Positions 10,856-21,587 of a stretch of DNA of 64,000 nucleotides are shown here, one piece after another (positions within the stretch are counted from its first letter, which is position 1; each line of letters begins with the position of its first letter). Below the pieces are notes generated by a model. That model made no database searches and was not told the origin of the DNA. It saw nothing but the letters and a program-made list of their open reading frames with translations. This stretch comes from Myxococcota bacterium. Its GTDB lineage: Bacteria > Myxococcota > JACRCW01. The position numbers and the translations under genes were made by a program. Where the stretch lies: assembly GCA_040752415.1 (NCBI GenBank), contig JBFMGU010000009.1, positions 18,275 through 82,274 on the forward strand. The letters are read 5' to 3'.

Positions 10856-11099
10856 GCGCCGCTCCGAATCACACGCCCCATCCTGCTCCCCAGACGCGTG
10901 CTCACACGCTCCGTCCCCATCACGCGCGCCGCGCACCGCGCCACGCGTCGACGAACATCCGCGAAAGGACGCGAAGACCGACACCGTGGCGGCGTGATGC
11001 GCGATCACAAGGCAAGCCGCTGAGGGACAGGTATCCGTTCTTGCGACTGTAGGCCACCACCAATACATCGCCTCAGACCCACACACAGCGAGAAAAGAC

Positions 11100-13034
11100 A
11101 TGGCGACGCGCATCGAGCATGTTGTGCGACGGGGGACGTGTGTCTTTGCGTCCTCCCTCATCACCCTGGCCCTGGCGGGGCCGGCGCATGCCGCAACCTT
11201 TCCGCAGGACCAGGAGTGGAGCCCGTTGATGCAGGACGGAGAGCCGTTGGGCGACGTGGTGGGCGACGGGCCCAGTGGCGGCCGCGACGTGGTGGGCGAC
11301 GCGCAATACCCCGCAGCCTACATCCTCTACGACGGCGTGGACTTCTTCGTCCGGCTTCGTCTCAATGACGACCCGTCGCACAACAAGGGGCTGAGCCCCA
11401 GCGGCTGGGGTCTGCTCATCGACACCGACGCGGACTTCAACGACTACGAGTTCAGCCTCATGGCGGACGGCATCACCGACACGGTGGAGTTTGCCCAGAA
11501 TGAGCGCCAGCAGGACATCGGGTCGTCACAGGATGTCGCGGAGATCCTGCTCGCCAGCTACCCATGGCAGCCGGACGTGAACGGGCGCGTGGTGACCGCG
11601 GACTCCCAGTTTGGCGGCGACGCCGACTACTTCCTGGACTTCGCCATTCCGTTCTCCGACCTCGAAGCAGCGGGCATTGACGCCGACACGACCCTCATGC
11701 TGTTCGCCGGCGCATCCAACAACGGCCGTTCCATCACGGTGGACCTGGCAGGCAGCGACACGCTCTCGCTCTCACCCGACACCGGCAGCGAGCCCACCAC
11801 GCCCGGCGACACCGGCACGGACACCGACGGAGACGGGCTCTCCGACGCGGTGGAGAACGCGCTGGGCACCAACCCCAACAACCCCGACTCCGACGGCGAC
11901 GGCATCGGTGATGGCGCCGAGACCAACGGCGGCTCCGCCATTGACTCCGACGGTGATGGCACCATCGACGCACTGGACGCCGACAGCGACAACGACACGG
12001 TTCCCGACGCCACCGAGGGCGCCACCGACTCCGACGTGGACGGCGTGCCCGACTACCGGGACTCCGACGACGACGGCGACGGCATCAGCACGGCGGTGGA
12101 GCTGGATGACTCGGGCACGTGGGGCGCGGACACCGACACCGACGTCACGCCCAACTACCTTGACACCGACTCCGACGGTGACGGGACCCCTGGCGCGGTC
12201 GAGGGCCGCGGCGACACCGACGGCGACGCCACGCCCAACTACGTGGACGCCAATGACTCCGACGGTCCGCTGGGCGACCCCGACGGCGACGGCCTGACCA
12301 ACCAGGACGAGGCCGCGCTGGGCACGGACCCGAACAACCCCGACACCGACGGTGACGGCCTCCCCGACGGCTACGAGGCGGACAAGGGCCTGGACCCGCT
12401 CAACCCGGACACCGACGGTGACGGCTTCACCGACGGCGAGGAAGTCCAGAACGGCACCGACCCGCAGGATCCCAACGACTACCCCGGCGCGACCTCCAGC
12501 TCGTCGTCATCTGGCGCGGTGGGCTCTTCCGGTGGTCCGCTCCAGGGCGCGGTGTCCAGCAGCGGCGGTCCCACCTCCTCCAGCGCCAGCACCGCGGCGT
12601 CCACTTCCAGCAGCGCGTCGTCATCATCGTCTTCCTCTTCGTCGTCCTCCTCCAGCAGCTCGTCCTCGTCGTCCTCATCCAGCAGCTCGTCTTCGTCCTC
12701 CAGCAGCTCCTCGTCGTCATCCGGGGGCGGAGCCCCGCTCACCGACCCGGTGTTCGCGGTGGACAGTCTGCTGGCCGGTGAGCGGACGCTGGGCGTGGGC
12801 CAGGGTCCTTCCACGTCGTCGTCCGCGTCCTCTTCCTCGGGCGGCTACATCGACCCCAATGAAGGCAACGATGAGGGCGGTGGTGGCAGCGCGGCCACGC
12901 CGCCGCCGACGGAGGAGGGCACCACGCCGGAGGGCTGTGGCTGCGCCACCTCGCTCAACGAAACGCCGCTGGCGGTGCCCGCCATGGTGATGGCCCTGGT
13001 CATCCTGCGACGGCGCCGCTTCCTCCGCGGCTGA
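11100..13034 (+). CDS. cell-surface protein: signal peptide, beta-rich N-domain, thrombospondin type-3-like Ca-binding repeats, poly-Ser linker, MYXO-CTERM signal
   Basis: LALAGPAHA signal; many DTDGDG/DSDGDG repeats; Ser tract ~12600-12722; GCGCA-hydrophobic-RRRR C-terminus. Confidence 0.85.
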   Translation: MATRIEHVVRRGTCVFASSLITLALAGPAHAATFPQDQEWSPLMQDGEPLGDVVGDGPSGGRDVVGDAQYPAAYILYDGVDFFVRLRLNDDPSHNKGLSPSGWGLLIDTDADFNDYEFSLMADGITDTVEFAQNERQQDIGSSQDVAEILLASYPWQPDVNGRVVTADSQFGGDADYFLDFAIPFSDLEAAGIDADTTLMLFAGASNNGRSITVDLAGSDTLSLSPDTGSEPTTPGDTGTDTDGDGLSDAVENALGTNPNNPDSDGDGIGDGAETNGGSAIDSDGDGTIDALDADSDNDTVPDATEGATDSDVDGVPDYRDSDDDGDGISTAVELDDSGTWGADTDTDVTPNYLDTDSDGDGTPGAVEGRGDTDGDATPNYVDANDSDGPLGDPDGDGLTNQDEAALGTDPNNPDTDGDGLPDGYEADKGLDPLNPDTDGDGFTDGEEVQNGTDPQDPNDYPGATSSSSSSGAVGSSGGPLQGAVSSSGGPTSSSASTAASTSSSASSSSSSSSSSSSSSSSSSSSSSSSSSSSSSSSSSSGGGAPLTDPVFAVDSLLAGERTLGVGQGPSTSSSASSSSGGYIDPNEGNDEGGGGSAATPPPTEEGTTPEGCGCATSLNETPLAVPAMVMALVILRRRRFLRG

Positions 13035-13087
13035 CGTCCCCGGTGCCGCTGCTCGCGCCATCCTCGTCGCGCGGGTAGGATCACGGC

Positions 13088-13279
13088 ATGGCCTGGGACC
13101 TGGAACCCAAAGGGGAACATCTCCGCAAGGCGCTGCAGTGGCTCAGTGACCGTCGACGTGAAGAGCCCACGGCGCCCCTGGCGCGACTCCTGGACGAAGC
13201 GGGGATGCAGTTCGATCTCACGCCGGCCGAGCAGGAATACCTCTACCGCAGCCTCAAACAGGGCGACGCGCCGGGGTGA
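13088..13279 (+). CDS. small hypothetical protein (63 aa)
   Basis: GC3-rich codons; GE.LRKALQWLS...LLDEA...FDLTP pattern resembles a small deltaproteobacterial family (from memory). Confidence 0.65.
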   Translation: MAWDLEPKGEHLRKALQWLSDRRREEPTAPLARLLDEAGMQFDLTPAEQEYLYRSLKQGDAPG

Positions 13280-13447
13280 GACTCCGCGGGCGCCCGTCGT
13301 GCTCCGCCCCGTCAGCACGCATTGGGTCCGTCCATTCTCTTCCAGCATCGGTCGGCGAGCGGCCACCCGGGCGTCACGCTGGACCGGGTCGCGGGGAGTG
13401 TTGAATACTCGGCGCCCGCATCGAACCCGACGTCAACGGAGAGCCGA

Positions 13448-13927
13448 ATGATCAAGGGATTGCACGGGATGTTCTACACCTCGGAGCCGGAAGCCATGCG
13501 CGCGTTCCTCCGCGACAAGCTGCAGCTCCCGCACATCGACACCGGCGGCGGCTGGCTGCTGTTCGCGTTCCCCGAGGCGGACGTGGGCTGTCATCCAACC
13601 GAAGGAGACCCGGAGTCCGGCACGCACAACATCTCCTTCTTCTGCGACGACATCCACAAGACCGTGGCCGAGCTGAAGGGTCGCGGCGTGGAGTTTGACG
13701 ACGACATCAACGACCAGGGCTACGGATTCACCATCCACTTCACCATGCCGGGCAACGTGCAGGTGCAGCTCTACCAGCCCAAGTATCCCAAGCCGTCCGC
13801 GGTGCTGTTCGGGAAGAAGTCCGCGCCGCGCAAGAAGGCCGCGGCCAGGAAGAAGGCGCCCGCGCGCAAGAAGGCTCCGGCGAAGAAGAAGGCGGCCAAG
13901 GGTCGCGCCAAGGCACGTCGTCGCTGA
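13448..13927 (+). CDS. VOC/glyoxalase family protein with Lys/Ala-rich C-terminal tail
   Basis: IKGLHGMFY, HNISFFCDDIHKTVAELKGRGVEF, QLYQP; tail KKAAARKKAPARKKAPAKKKAAK; GGAG upstream of ATG. Confidence 0.85.
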   Translation: MIKGLHGMFYTSEPEAMRAFLRDKLQLPHIDTGGGWLLFAFPEADVGCHPTEGDPESGTHNISFFCDDIHKTVAELKGRGVEFDDDINDQGYGFTIHFTMPGNVQVQLYQPKYPKPSAVLFGKKSAPRKKAAARKKAPARKKAPAKKKAAKGRAKARRR

Positions 13928-13944
13928 AACGGACGCGGTGAGCC

Positions 13945-15561
13945 TTGAGCAATCCCACCGACGTCATCCTGCAATACCACCAGCGGACCAAGCACCACTT
14001 CCACGCGTATGCCGCGGGCCCGGGGCGCCTGTCCTGGGCCACCCAGCCCGACCCCTTCCGTCGCTACGACGGCGCTCCCCAGGTTCCACTGCCGCGCCTG
14101 CCTGAGCGCCACCAGCCCACCTTCGCCGCCCTCCCCGCGCCACCGACGAGCGTGGAGCCCGTGACGCTGGAGACCATCTCGCGCCTGTTCCGCAACGCCC
14201 TCGCCGTCTCGGCGTGGAAGCGCCACCAGGCCAGCCGCTGGGCGCTGCGGGTGAATCCCTCCAGCGGCAACCTGCACCCCACGGAGTGCTACCTCATCAC
14301 CGACGACCTCGACGCGGCATGTCCCGCGGGGGTGTATCACTACGCTCCCAAGGAGCATCTGCTGGAGCGGCGCGGCGTGGTGACGTCGGAGGGATACCGC
14401 GCGCTGACGGCGGGATTCGCTCCGGGGACCATGCTGGTGGCGCTCTCATCCATCCCGTGGCGGGAGGCGTGGAAATACGGCGAGCGCGCGTTCCGCTACT
14501 GCCAACACGACGTGGGCCACGCCCTCGCCGCGCTCCGCTACTCCGCGAGGATCCTGGGTTGGCATCTGCAACTCCTGGACACCATCTCCGACGACACCAT
14601 CCGCTCGCTCGCCGGGCTGGACGCGGGCGGCTTCCATCCGCAGGAGCCGGAGTACCCGGAGCTGCTCTGCGCGTTGCTCCCGCACGGAAGCGGGCCGCAA
14701 CCGGGACCGCTCGTCGTCGACGGGTGGCGGCCGGCCTGGCAGGGGACACCCAACGTGCTCAGCGCGGGGCATCACCCCTGGCCCGTCGTCGACGAGGCGG
14801 CACGGGCCTCCGAGGCGCCCCCGCGACCTCCCGTCGGCGCGTTGCCGCCCAACGTCATTACCTCCGCGGTTTCCCTGCCCGACGACGTGCTGCCCGCGGA
14901 GCGCATCATCCAACGTCGTCGGAGCGCCACCGACTTTGACGGCGTCACCTCCATCACAAAGGAACAGCTCTGGAGGATGTTGTCGCGCACGTTGACGGCC
15001 GCCGGTGCGCCACCGTGGGACGTGTTGGCAGGAACGGTGATGGCCGAGCCGCGTGTCCACCTCGTGCTCTTCGTCCATCGCGTCGTGGGGATGCATCCCG
15101 GGGTGTACCTGCTACTGCGTCGTGCTGACGACGAGGAAGCCCTGCGCAAGGCCACCCGCCCGGAGTTCCTGTGGGAGGCCGTGCCCGGTTGTCCCCTGCC
15201 ACTCTTCCTGCTGCTCCCCGCCGACACCCGCGACGCGGCGCGCGCCATCGGCTGTCACCAGGACATTGCCGCCGACGGCGCATTCTCGCTGGGAATGATC
15301 GCGCGCTACGACGAGCCCATCCGCACCCACGGCGCGTGGCTCTACCGTCGTCTCTTCTGGGAGGCGGGCGTGATCGGCCAGGTGCTCTACCTGGAGGCGG
15401 AGGCGTGCCGGGTGCGGGCCACCGGCATGGGCTGCTTCTTTGACGACGGGATGCACCAGCTCCTGGGCTTCTCCGACGCCACGTTCCAGGACCTGTACCA
15501 CCTGGCAGTGGGCGGACCGGTGGAGGACACGCGCATCACCACCGAGCCCGCGTATCCCTGA
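13945..15561 (+). CDS. SagB/ThcOx-family nitroreductase-type dehydrogenase (two domains)
   Basis: YHQRTKH, LRVNPSSGNLHPTE, WKYGERAFRYCQHDVGHA, RRRSA, EAGVIGQVLYLEAEA, GMGCFFDD; TTG start. Confidence 0.88.
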   Translation: MSNPTDVILQYHQRTKHHFHAYAAGPGRLSWATQPDPFRRYDGAPQVPLPRLPERHQPTFAALPAPPTSVEPVTLETISRLFRNALAVSAWKRHQASRWALRVNPSSGNLHPTECYLITDDLDAACPAGVYHYAPKEHLLERRGVVTSEGYRALTAGFAPGTMLVALSSIPWREAWKYGERAFRYCQHDVGHALAALRYSARILGWHLQLLDTISDDTIRSLAGLDAGGFHPQEPEYPELLCALLPHGSGPQPGPLVVDGWRPAWQGTPNVLSAGHHPWPVVDEAARASEAPPRPPVGALPPNVITSAVSLPDDVLPAERIIQRRRSATDFDGVTSITKEQLWRMLSRTLTAAGAPPWDVLAGTVMAEPRVHLVLFVHRVVGMHPGVYLLLRRADDEEALRKATRPEFLWEAVPGCPLPLFLLLPADTRDAARAIGCHQDIAADGAFSLGMIARYDEPIRTHGAWLYRRLFWEAGVIGQVLYLEAEACRVRATGMGCFFDDGMHQLLGFSDATFQDLYHLAVGGPVEDTRITTEPAYP

Positions 15562-15564
15562 CGG

Positions 15565-17211
15565 TCACGGCGCGTACGCGTAGCGGTACCGTCGCTGCAC
15601 GCCGTCCCACGCCTCGTAGAAGATGTGCGCGGCTCCGCTCGACGTCACGCGGAGGGTCGCGTCGTAACCACGCATCTGGGTGTCCGGCACGCTGTAACGC
15701 CAGCTCCCGCTCACCTGGCGGAGCACGCGCGTCTCGCGCACGTCGGCGCAACCCGAGGGAGGGCAGTGCTCGTAGAGGATGTTCGGGCGGTCCTGCCCGT
15801 CCAGCTCCAGGCGCGCGGCGAACACCGGCCCATCCAGCCGGGTCATGGTCCACCCGCCGCCCAGGCGCACCGCGTACCGCAGCTCGCGCGCGGTGGGATC
15901 GTTGGCGTCGACGGCGTCGTGGACCCAGAGCAGATGCGTCCGCCCTTGCGAGTCCACCTTCACGTCGAGCGCGTCAATGTAGTCCCAGGGTTCAGGCCCG
16001 GACTGTCCCGCCACCTGCACCGGCTCCCACGTGACGCTGGTCCCGGAGAGCACGGCGTGCTGCAGCGTCCGGTTGGTCTCGCCCACCACGCGCACGTCGC
16101 CGTAGCGGGACACCGCCAGGCGCAGGAAGAGGTTCACGCCGTCGTCAAACCAGCCGCCCGTCCACAGCGCCATCTGCGCGGAGGCGCCCTCCGTGGGCCC
16201 CGACCAGGGACCGCGCACCGCGTAATAGTAGTGGGACCCGTTGGCCTCGGTGATGTCGGTGGGGTTGTAATAGATGGCGTGGATGTTGTTGGAGCCATCC
16301 ACCGCCAGCTGCACCAGGTGATCGTGATCGTAGGCATCATGTCCCTGCTGGCCCACGTACTCGGTGTACACCGTTTCCCCGTCGAGAACGTTGATGTACG
16401 GCAGGTGCGCGTTGCCGGAGTTCCAGAAGAACACCGTGTCCTGGCTGTCCAGCGCGATCTGGATGGTGGCGAAGTACTCCGAGTAGACGTTGAGCGGGAC
16501 GTGGGTCCAACCCTGGCTGCTGCGGAAGACGAAGCGCACGTACGGATTTCCTCCCTCGCGCATCTGGTAGATGACCCGCGGCTGCTCGGCGGAATCCAGC
16601 GCCATGTCCTGCGCCTCCAGCCACTGGTTGGGATCGGTGTCCACCTCCATGGGCACCGATTCAATGGTCCAGCTGCGGGATTCCGTGGTCAGCGTGGCGC
16701 GCGGCGGGAGCGGAGAGCCGCTGCTCGAGGAGGCGCTGCTACTGGAAAACGCTCCGCCCGACGAGCTCGACGACGGCGCGGGACAGGTCACGTTCCCCCC
16801 CTGCGCGTCGTAGCAGTACTGGCACGCGGCCTGGAAGCAACCGGGCTCGCTGCATCCCGCGCCGCCGCAGTCGGGGTCGGGGGCGCCGCAGCCGCAGTCG
16901 CATCCGTCGCCGCCGCCCTGGTAGCTGGGAGTGCAATGCCACTGGCCGCTGCCGCTGGAGGACGAGCCGGCCACGTTTCCCGACGATGAAGCCGCGCTCG
17001 ACGCGCCTCCGCCCGACGTCGAGCCACCCGACGAGCTCGCCCCACCCGACGATCCTCCCGTGGAACCGCCAACGTCACCCGACGACGACGCATTGCCGGC
17101 ATTGCCATTGTACGTGGACGTGCTGCCCGAGCTCCCGCGGGAGTCCCGCGTGCCGCCGCCGCACCCCGCCAGGACCAGCGCCACCAGGAAACCGGGTGTG
17201 ATTGCCTTCAT
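15565..17211 (-). CDS. lipoprotein: Gly/Ser linker, one GCDCGCG module, C-terminal beta-propeller-like repeats
   Basis: Lipobox LAGC after MKAITPG; GGAG upstream; WHCTPSYQGGGDGCDCGCGAPDPDC; repeated [IL]A[LV]DSxxxxHI blades. Confidence 0.75.
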   Translation of the reverse strand: MKAITPGFLVALVLAGCGGGTRDSRGSSGSTSTYNGNAGNASSSGDVGGSTGGSSGGASSSGGSTSGGGASSAASSSGNVAGSSSSGSGQWHCTPSYQGGGDGCDCGCGAPDPDCGGAGCSEPGCFQAACQYCYDAQGGNVTCPAPSSSSSGGAFSSSSASSSSGSPLPPRATLTTESRSWTIESVPMEVDTDPNQWLEAQDMALDSAEQPRVIYQMREGGNPYVRFVFRSSQGWTHVPLNVYSEYFATIQIALDSQDTVFFWNSGNAHLPYINVLDGETVYTEYVGQQGHDAYDHDHLVQLAVDGSNNIHAIYYNPTDITEANGSHYYYAVRGPWSGPTEGASAQMALWTGGWFDDGVNLFLRLAVSRYGDVRVVGETNRTLQHAVLSGTSVTWEPVQVAGQSGPEPWDYIDALDVKVDSQGRTHLLWVHDAVDANDPTARELRYAVRLGGGWTMTRLDGPVFAARLELDGQDRPNILYEHCPPSGCADVRETRVLRQVSGSWRYSVPDTQMRGYDATLRVTSSGAAHIFYEAWDGVQRRYRYAYAP

Positions 17212-17311
17212 GGCCACTCCTTGTGCGCGCGCAATGTAGCGCGGGTCCGCGCGCCGCGCCTTCCGTCCACGCCGTGTGCCAGGATGACGCCCACTGCCGG
17301 GGGAGCACACC

Positions 17312-18316
17312 ATGCGTCGCAGCGTCGTTCCATTCGTGGTTTTCGTTGTCATGGGACTGTTGTCGTCGTGTCGCGGCCCCACGCGTGCGCCGGAGCAACG
17401 GGCCTGGGCCCTGGCGCTCCACGGCGGTGCGGGCACCATCCCCAAGGACCTGCCGGCGGACGTGAAGGACGCGTATACGGCCTCCCTGCGCGCGGCGCTG
17501 ACGCTGGGTCGGGACCTGCTGGAGCAGGGCGCGCCGGGCCTCGACGTCGTGGAGAGAGTGGTGCGACTCATGGAGGACGACCCGCTCTTCAACGCCGGCA
17601 AGGGCGCCGTGTTCAACCACGACGGAGCGCATGAGCTGGATGCGGCGATCATGGACGGGAAGGACCTGCGCTGCGGCGCGGTGGCGGGAGCGCGAACCGT
17701 GAGGAACCCCATCTCGCTCGCGCGGCTCGTGATGGAGCGGACCCCGCACGTGCTCCTCGTGGGAAGCGGCGCCGACGCGTTCGCCGCAGCCATGGGGGTG
17801 GAGCAGGTGCCGCAGGAGTACTTCTTCGTGCAGCGTCGTTACGACCAGTGGCGGGAGGCGCTGGCGCGGGAGCGCGGTGATGGCGGCGTGGCGCTCGACG
17901 ACGGCGGCAAGAAGGGAACGGTGGGCGTGGTGGTGCTGGATCGGAACGGCAACCTGGCGGCCGCCACGTCGACGGGTGGGCTCACCAACAAGCGCTACGG
18001 GCGCGTGGGCGACTCACCCATCATTGGCGCCGGCACCTACGCCAACAACCGCACCGTGGCCATCTCCGCCACCGGCACCGGCGAGGAATTCATCCGTCAC
18101 GGCGTGGCGCGCGACATCTCCGCGCTCATGGAATACCGCGCCCTTTCCGTCGGAGAAGCCGCGCGGCAGGTGGTGCACGGGAGGCTCAAGCCCGGCGACG
18201 GCGGCATCATTGCCGTGGACCGATGGGGCAACGTGGCGCTGGTGTTCAACACCACCGGCATGTACCGCGGCGCCGCCGACTCGACGGGCCGGTTCGACGT
18301 GGCCATCTGGGAGTGA
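17312..18316 (+). CDS. iaaA: isoaspartyl peptidase/L-asparaginase (Ntn hydrolase) with lipoprotein signal
   Basis: ALHGGAG, FNAGKGAV, ELDAAIMDG, GTVG nucleophile Thr, ATSTGG, GRVGDSPIIGAG; lipobox LSSC. Confidence 0.92.
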   Translation: MRRSVVPFVVFVVMGLLSSCRGPTRAPEQRAWALALHGGAGTIPKDLPADVKDAYTASLRAALTLGRDLLEQGAPGLDVVERVVRLMEDDPLFNAGKGAVFNHDGAHELDAAIMDGKDLRCGAVAGARTVRNPISLARLVMERTPHVLLVGSGADAFAAAMGVEQVPQEYFFVQRRYDQWREALARERGDGGVALDDGGKKGTVGVVVLDRNGNLAAATSTGGLTNKRYGRVGDSPIIGAGTYANNRTVAISATGTGEEFIRHGVARDISALMEYRALSVGEAARQVVHGRLKPGDGGIIAVDRWGNVALVFNTTGMYRGAADSTGRFDVAIWE

Positions 18317-18319
18317 CGT

Positions 18320-19645
<1,326 letters not shown>

Positions 19646-19700
19646 GGTCAGCTCCACACCGCGAAGTCTGGGACAACGCATCGGCCACGGCAATCCCACA

Positions 19701-20771
19701 TCACGGCAGCACCCGCGACACCGCGGCCAGCAGCGCCCCCAGCGCCAGCATCACCACGCCACCCACCACGCCCACCGTCGTGAGCGTCAGGGCCACGGCC
19801 AACAGCGGGTATTGCGCCTGCTGGAACAGGACGTAGTCGCGGTGGCGGATCCACCCCGTCAGGGGCCGGGTCTGCGCGCGCAGCGTCGGCTCGGAAACGG
19901 CGTACATGGACGCATACACCGCGCCGTACCCACTTCCCGCACCCACTCCGGCCAGCGCCAACAGGACCCCCGCCGCAGCGGTCAGCGCCCCCGCCGCAGG
20001 CAACAACACGCCAACCCACGACGTGGAACGTGCCGGTTCCTCCCGCGTGGCAACCGGAGGCGCGGGTGGCGGCGACGTCGGCGCGGGTGCGGTCAGGGCC
20101 AGGCGCACCTCGGTGGACTGCCCGGGGACCAGGTCAACCTCGACGGTGCGCGGCGGAATGCCCTCCCGTTTCACCGTGACCTGGTGGAGCCCTTCTCCCA
20201 GGTCCACCAACGTCAGCGGAGACTCGCCGCGCTCGCGTCCGTCGACGAGCACGGTGGCGGCGGTGGGGTCGGTGAGCACCAGCAGTCGCGTGGGCTTGGT
20301 GGGCCCCAGCAGGCGGCGCAACACCTGGCGCACCGCGCGGGTCAGGTTCGCGCGCTCCCGCGCCGCCAGCGTGGAATGCTGCGGCTGCGTCCCGCGCTCT
20401 GCGGTGAAGAGGGACACGGTGATTTCCGTCTGCGCCGCGGGCTTCACCGCCAGCCACAACATGGCGTCCACCTGCAATGTCCCCACCACGCGACCCAGGC
20501 ATTTCTCGTCGAGGGTCTCGCAGTTGAGCGCCACCGCCAGCTCCTCGCTGGTGATCTGCGGCGCGTCCACCCAACGGTACCCGGCACTCCGCTCCACCTC
20601 GTTCCTCGCCGAGTCCGTGAGCTCCGTGAGCAGCGCCGGCGGGCACGCAGGGACGCAATCCACAATCGCGGTGATGGTGCGGACCAGCGTCTCTCCCGGG
20701 GAGCTCGTCGGCGGAGGCGCGCCGGCGGCAAGCAGCAGGATCCCCAGCGCAGACAGCATCGCGCGCATCAT
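19701..20771 (-). CDS. PEGA-domain membrane protein
   Basis: Signal peptide; CETLDEKC domain; PEGA (LLVLTDPTAATVLVDGRERGESPL...GLHQVTVKREG); Pro linker; two Gly/Ala-rich hydrophobic helices. Confidence 0.8.
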   Translation of the reverse strand: MMRAMLSALGILLLAAGAPPPTSSPGETLVRTITAIVDCVPACPPALLTELTDSARNEVERSAGYRWVDAPQITSEELAVALNCETLDEKCLGRVVGTLQVDAMLWLAVKPAAQTEITVSLFTAERGTQPQHSTLAARERANLTRAVRQVLRRLLGPTKPTRLLVLTDPTAATVLVDGRERGESPLTLVDLGEGLHQVTVKREGIPPRTVEVDLVPGQSTEVRLALTAPAPTSPPPAPPVATREEPARSTSWVGVLLPAAGALTAAAGVLLALAGVGAGSGYGAVYASMYAVSEPTLRAQTRPLTGWIRHRDYVLFQQAQYPLLAVALTLTTVGVVGGVVMLALGALLAAVSRVLP

Positions 20772-20995
20772 CAGGCACATCTGTCCGTGCCGCAAACAAG
20801 GAGGCCAGGCTGACGCAGAACGCGCCGCATGGAGCACTCTGCATGTGCATCTCGCCCACCACGGACCGAGCCCCGCGCCCCGTGCGCGCGTAAGGTCCCG
20901 TGACGCGGGGGGTTCCTCCTCGGTGGGACGGGCTCCGCCCAGACGGCACGCGCAATGCTCAGGGTGGCGCTACAACCCTGGAAGGGAGGTGTCCC

Positions 20996-21523
20996 ATGAC
21001 GTTCCGCATGACCTTGGACCGGATCCACCGCATTTCCACCATGGCGGTCCTGGCGCTCATCCTCGCCATCTCCGTGGGCGTCCCGTGCGCGATGTTCCTC
21101 GCCAAGGGCGTGCCGGCGGTGGCGGCGTGGATGACCACGGGCATCATGGCGTTGACGCTGATGACGCTGGCGGTGGCCTGGGCCATGGCGCCGGTGGCGT
21201 TGCAGCTGAAGGGTGATGAGCTGCGCGTGCTGCGCCGGTGGTGGAGCCCCACGGTGTTCCGCCTCGCGGACATCGTCGACGCGTCGGTGGGTCCTTCACT
21301 GCGCGGCCGCTGCCTGCGCGTGGCGGGGACCGGCGGCTTCTTTGGGAGCTATGGGCTGTTCTGGGCGCGCAGCGTGGGCATGTTCCGCCTGTTTGCCACC
21401 CGCTGCGACCCCACCGTGCTCATCTCCCGTCGGAGCGGCCTGCCTCTGATGGCCACCCCCGACGAGCCCGAGCGCTTCGTGCAGGCGCTGCAGAGCTGGA
21501 AGGCCGCCGCGCGCATGGTGTGA
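20996..21523 (+). CDS. bacterial PH-domain membrane protein
   Basis: Two TM helices then LRVAGTGGFFGSYGLFW...FRLFATR...TPDEPERFV; GGAGG RBS. Confidence 0.75.
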   Translation: MTFRMTLDRIHRISTMAVLALILAISVGVPCAMFLAKGVPAVAAWMTTGIMALTLMTLAVAWAMAPVALQLKGDELRVLRRWWSPTVFRLADIVDASVGPSLRGRCLRVAGTGGFFGSYGLFWARSVGMFRLFATRCDPTVLISRRSGLPLMATPDEPERFVQALQSWKAAARMV

Positions 21524-21587
21524 TCCGGGTGGGTGCCGGGAGAGGGGGTGATGCCACGCTGCCCTCCCCGGCACCCTCTTTCCGTCG

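Noticed and set aside
13088..15561. Possible azole-RiPP cluster (small ORF plus SagB-like oxidase)
   Set aside because: No YcaO/E1 cyclodehydratase or transporter; the 63-aa ORF lacks a Cys/Ser/Thr-rich core
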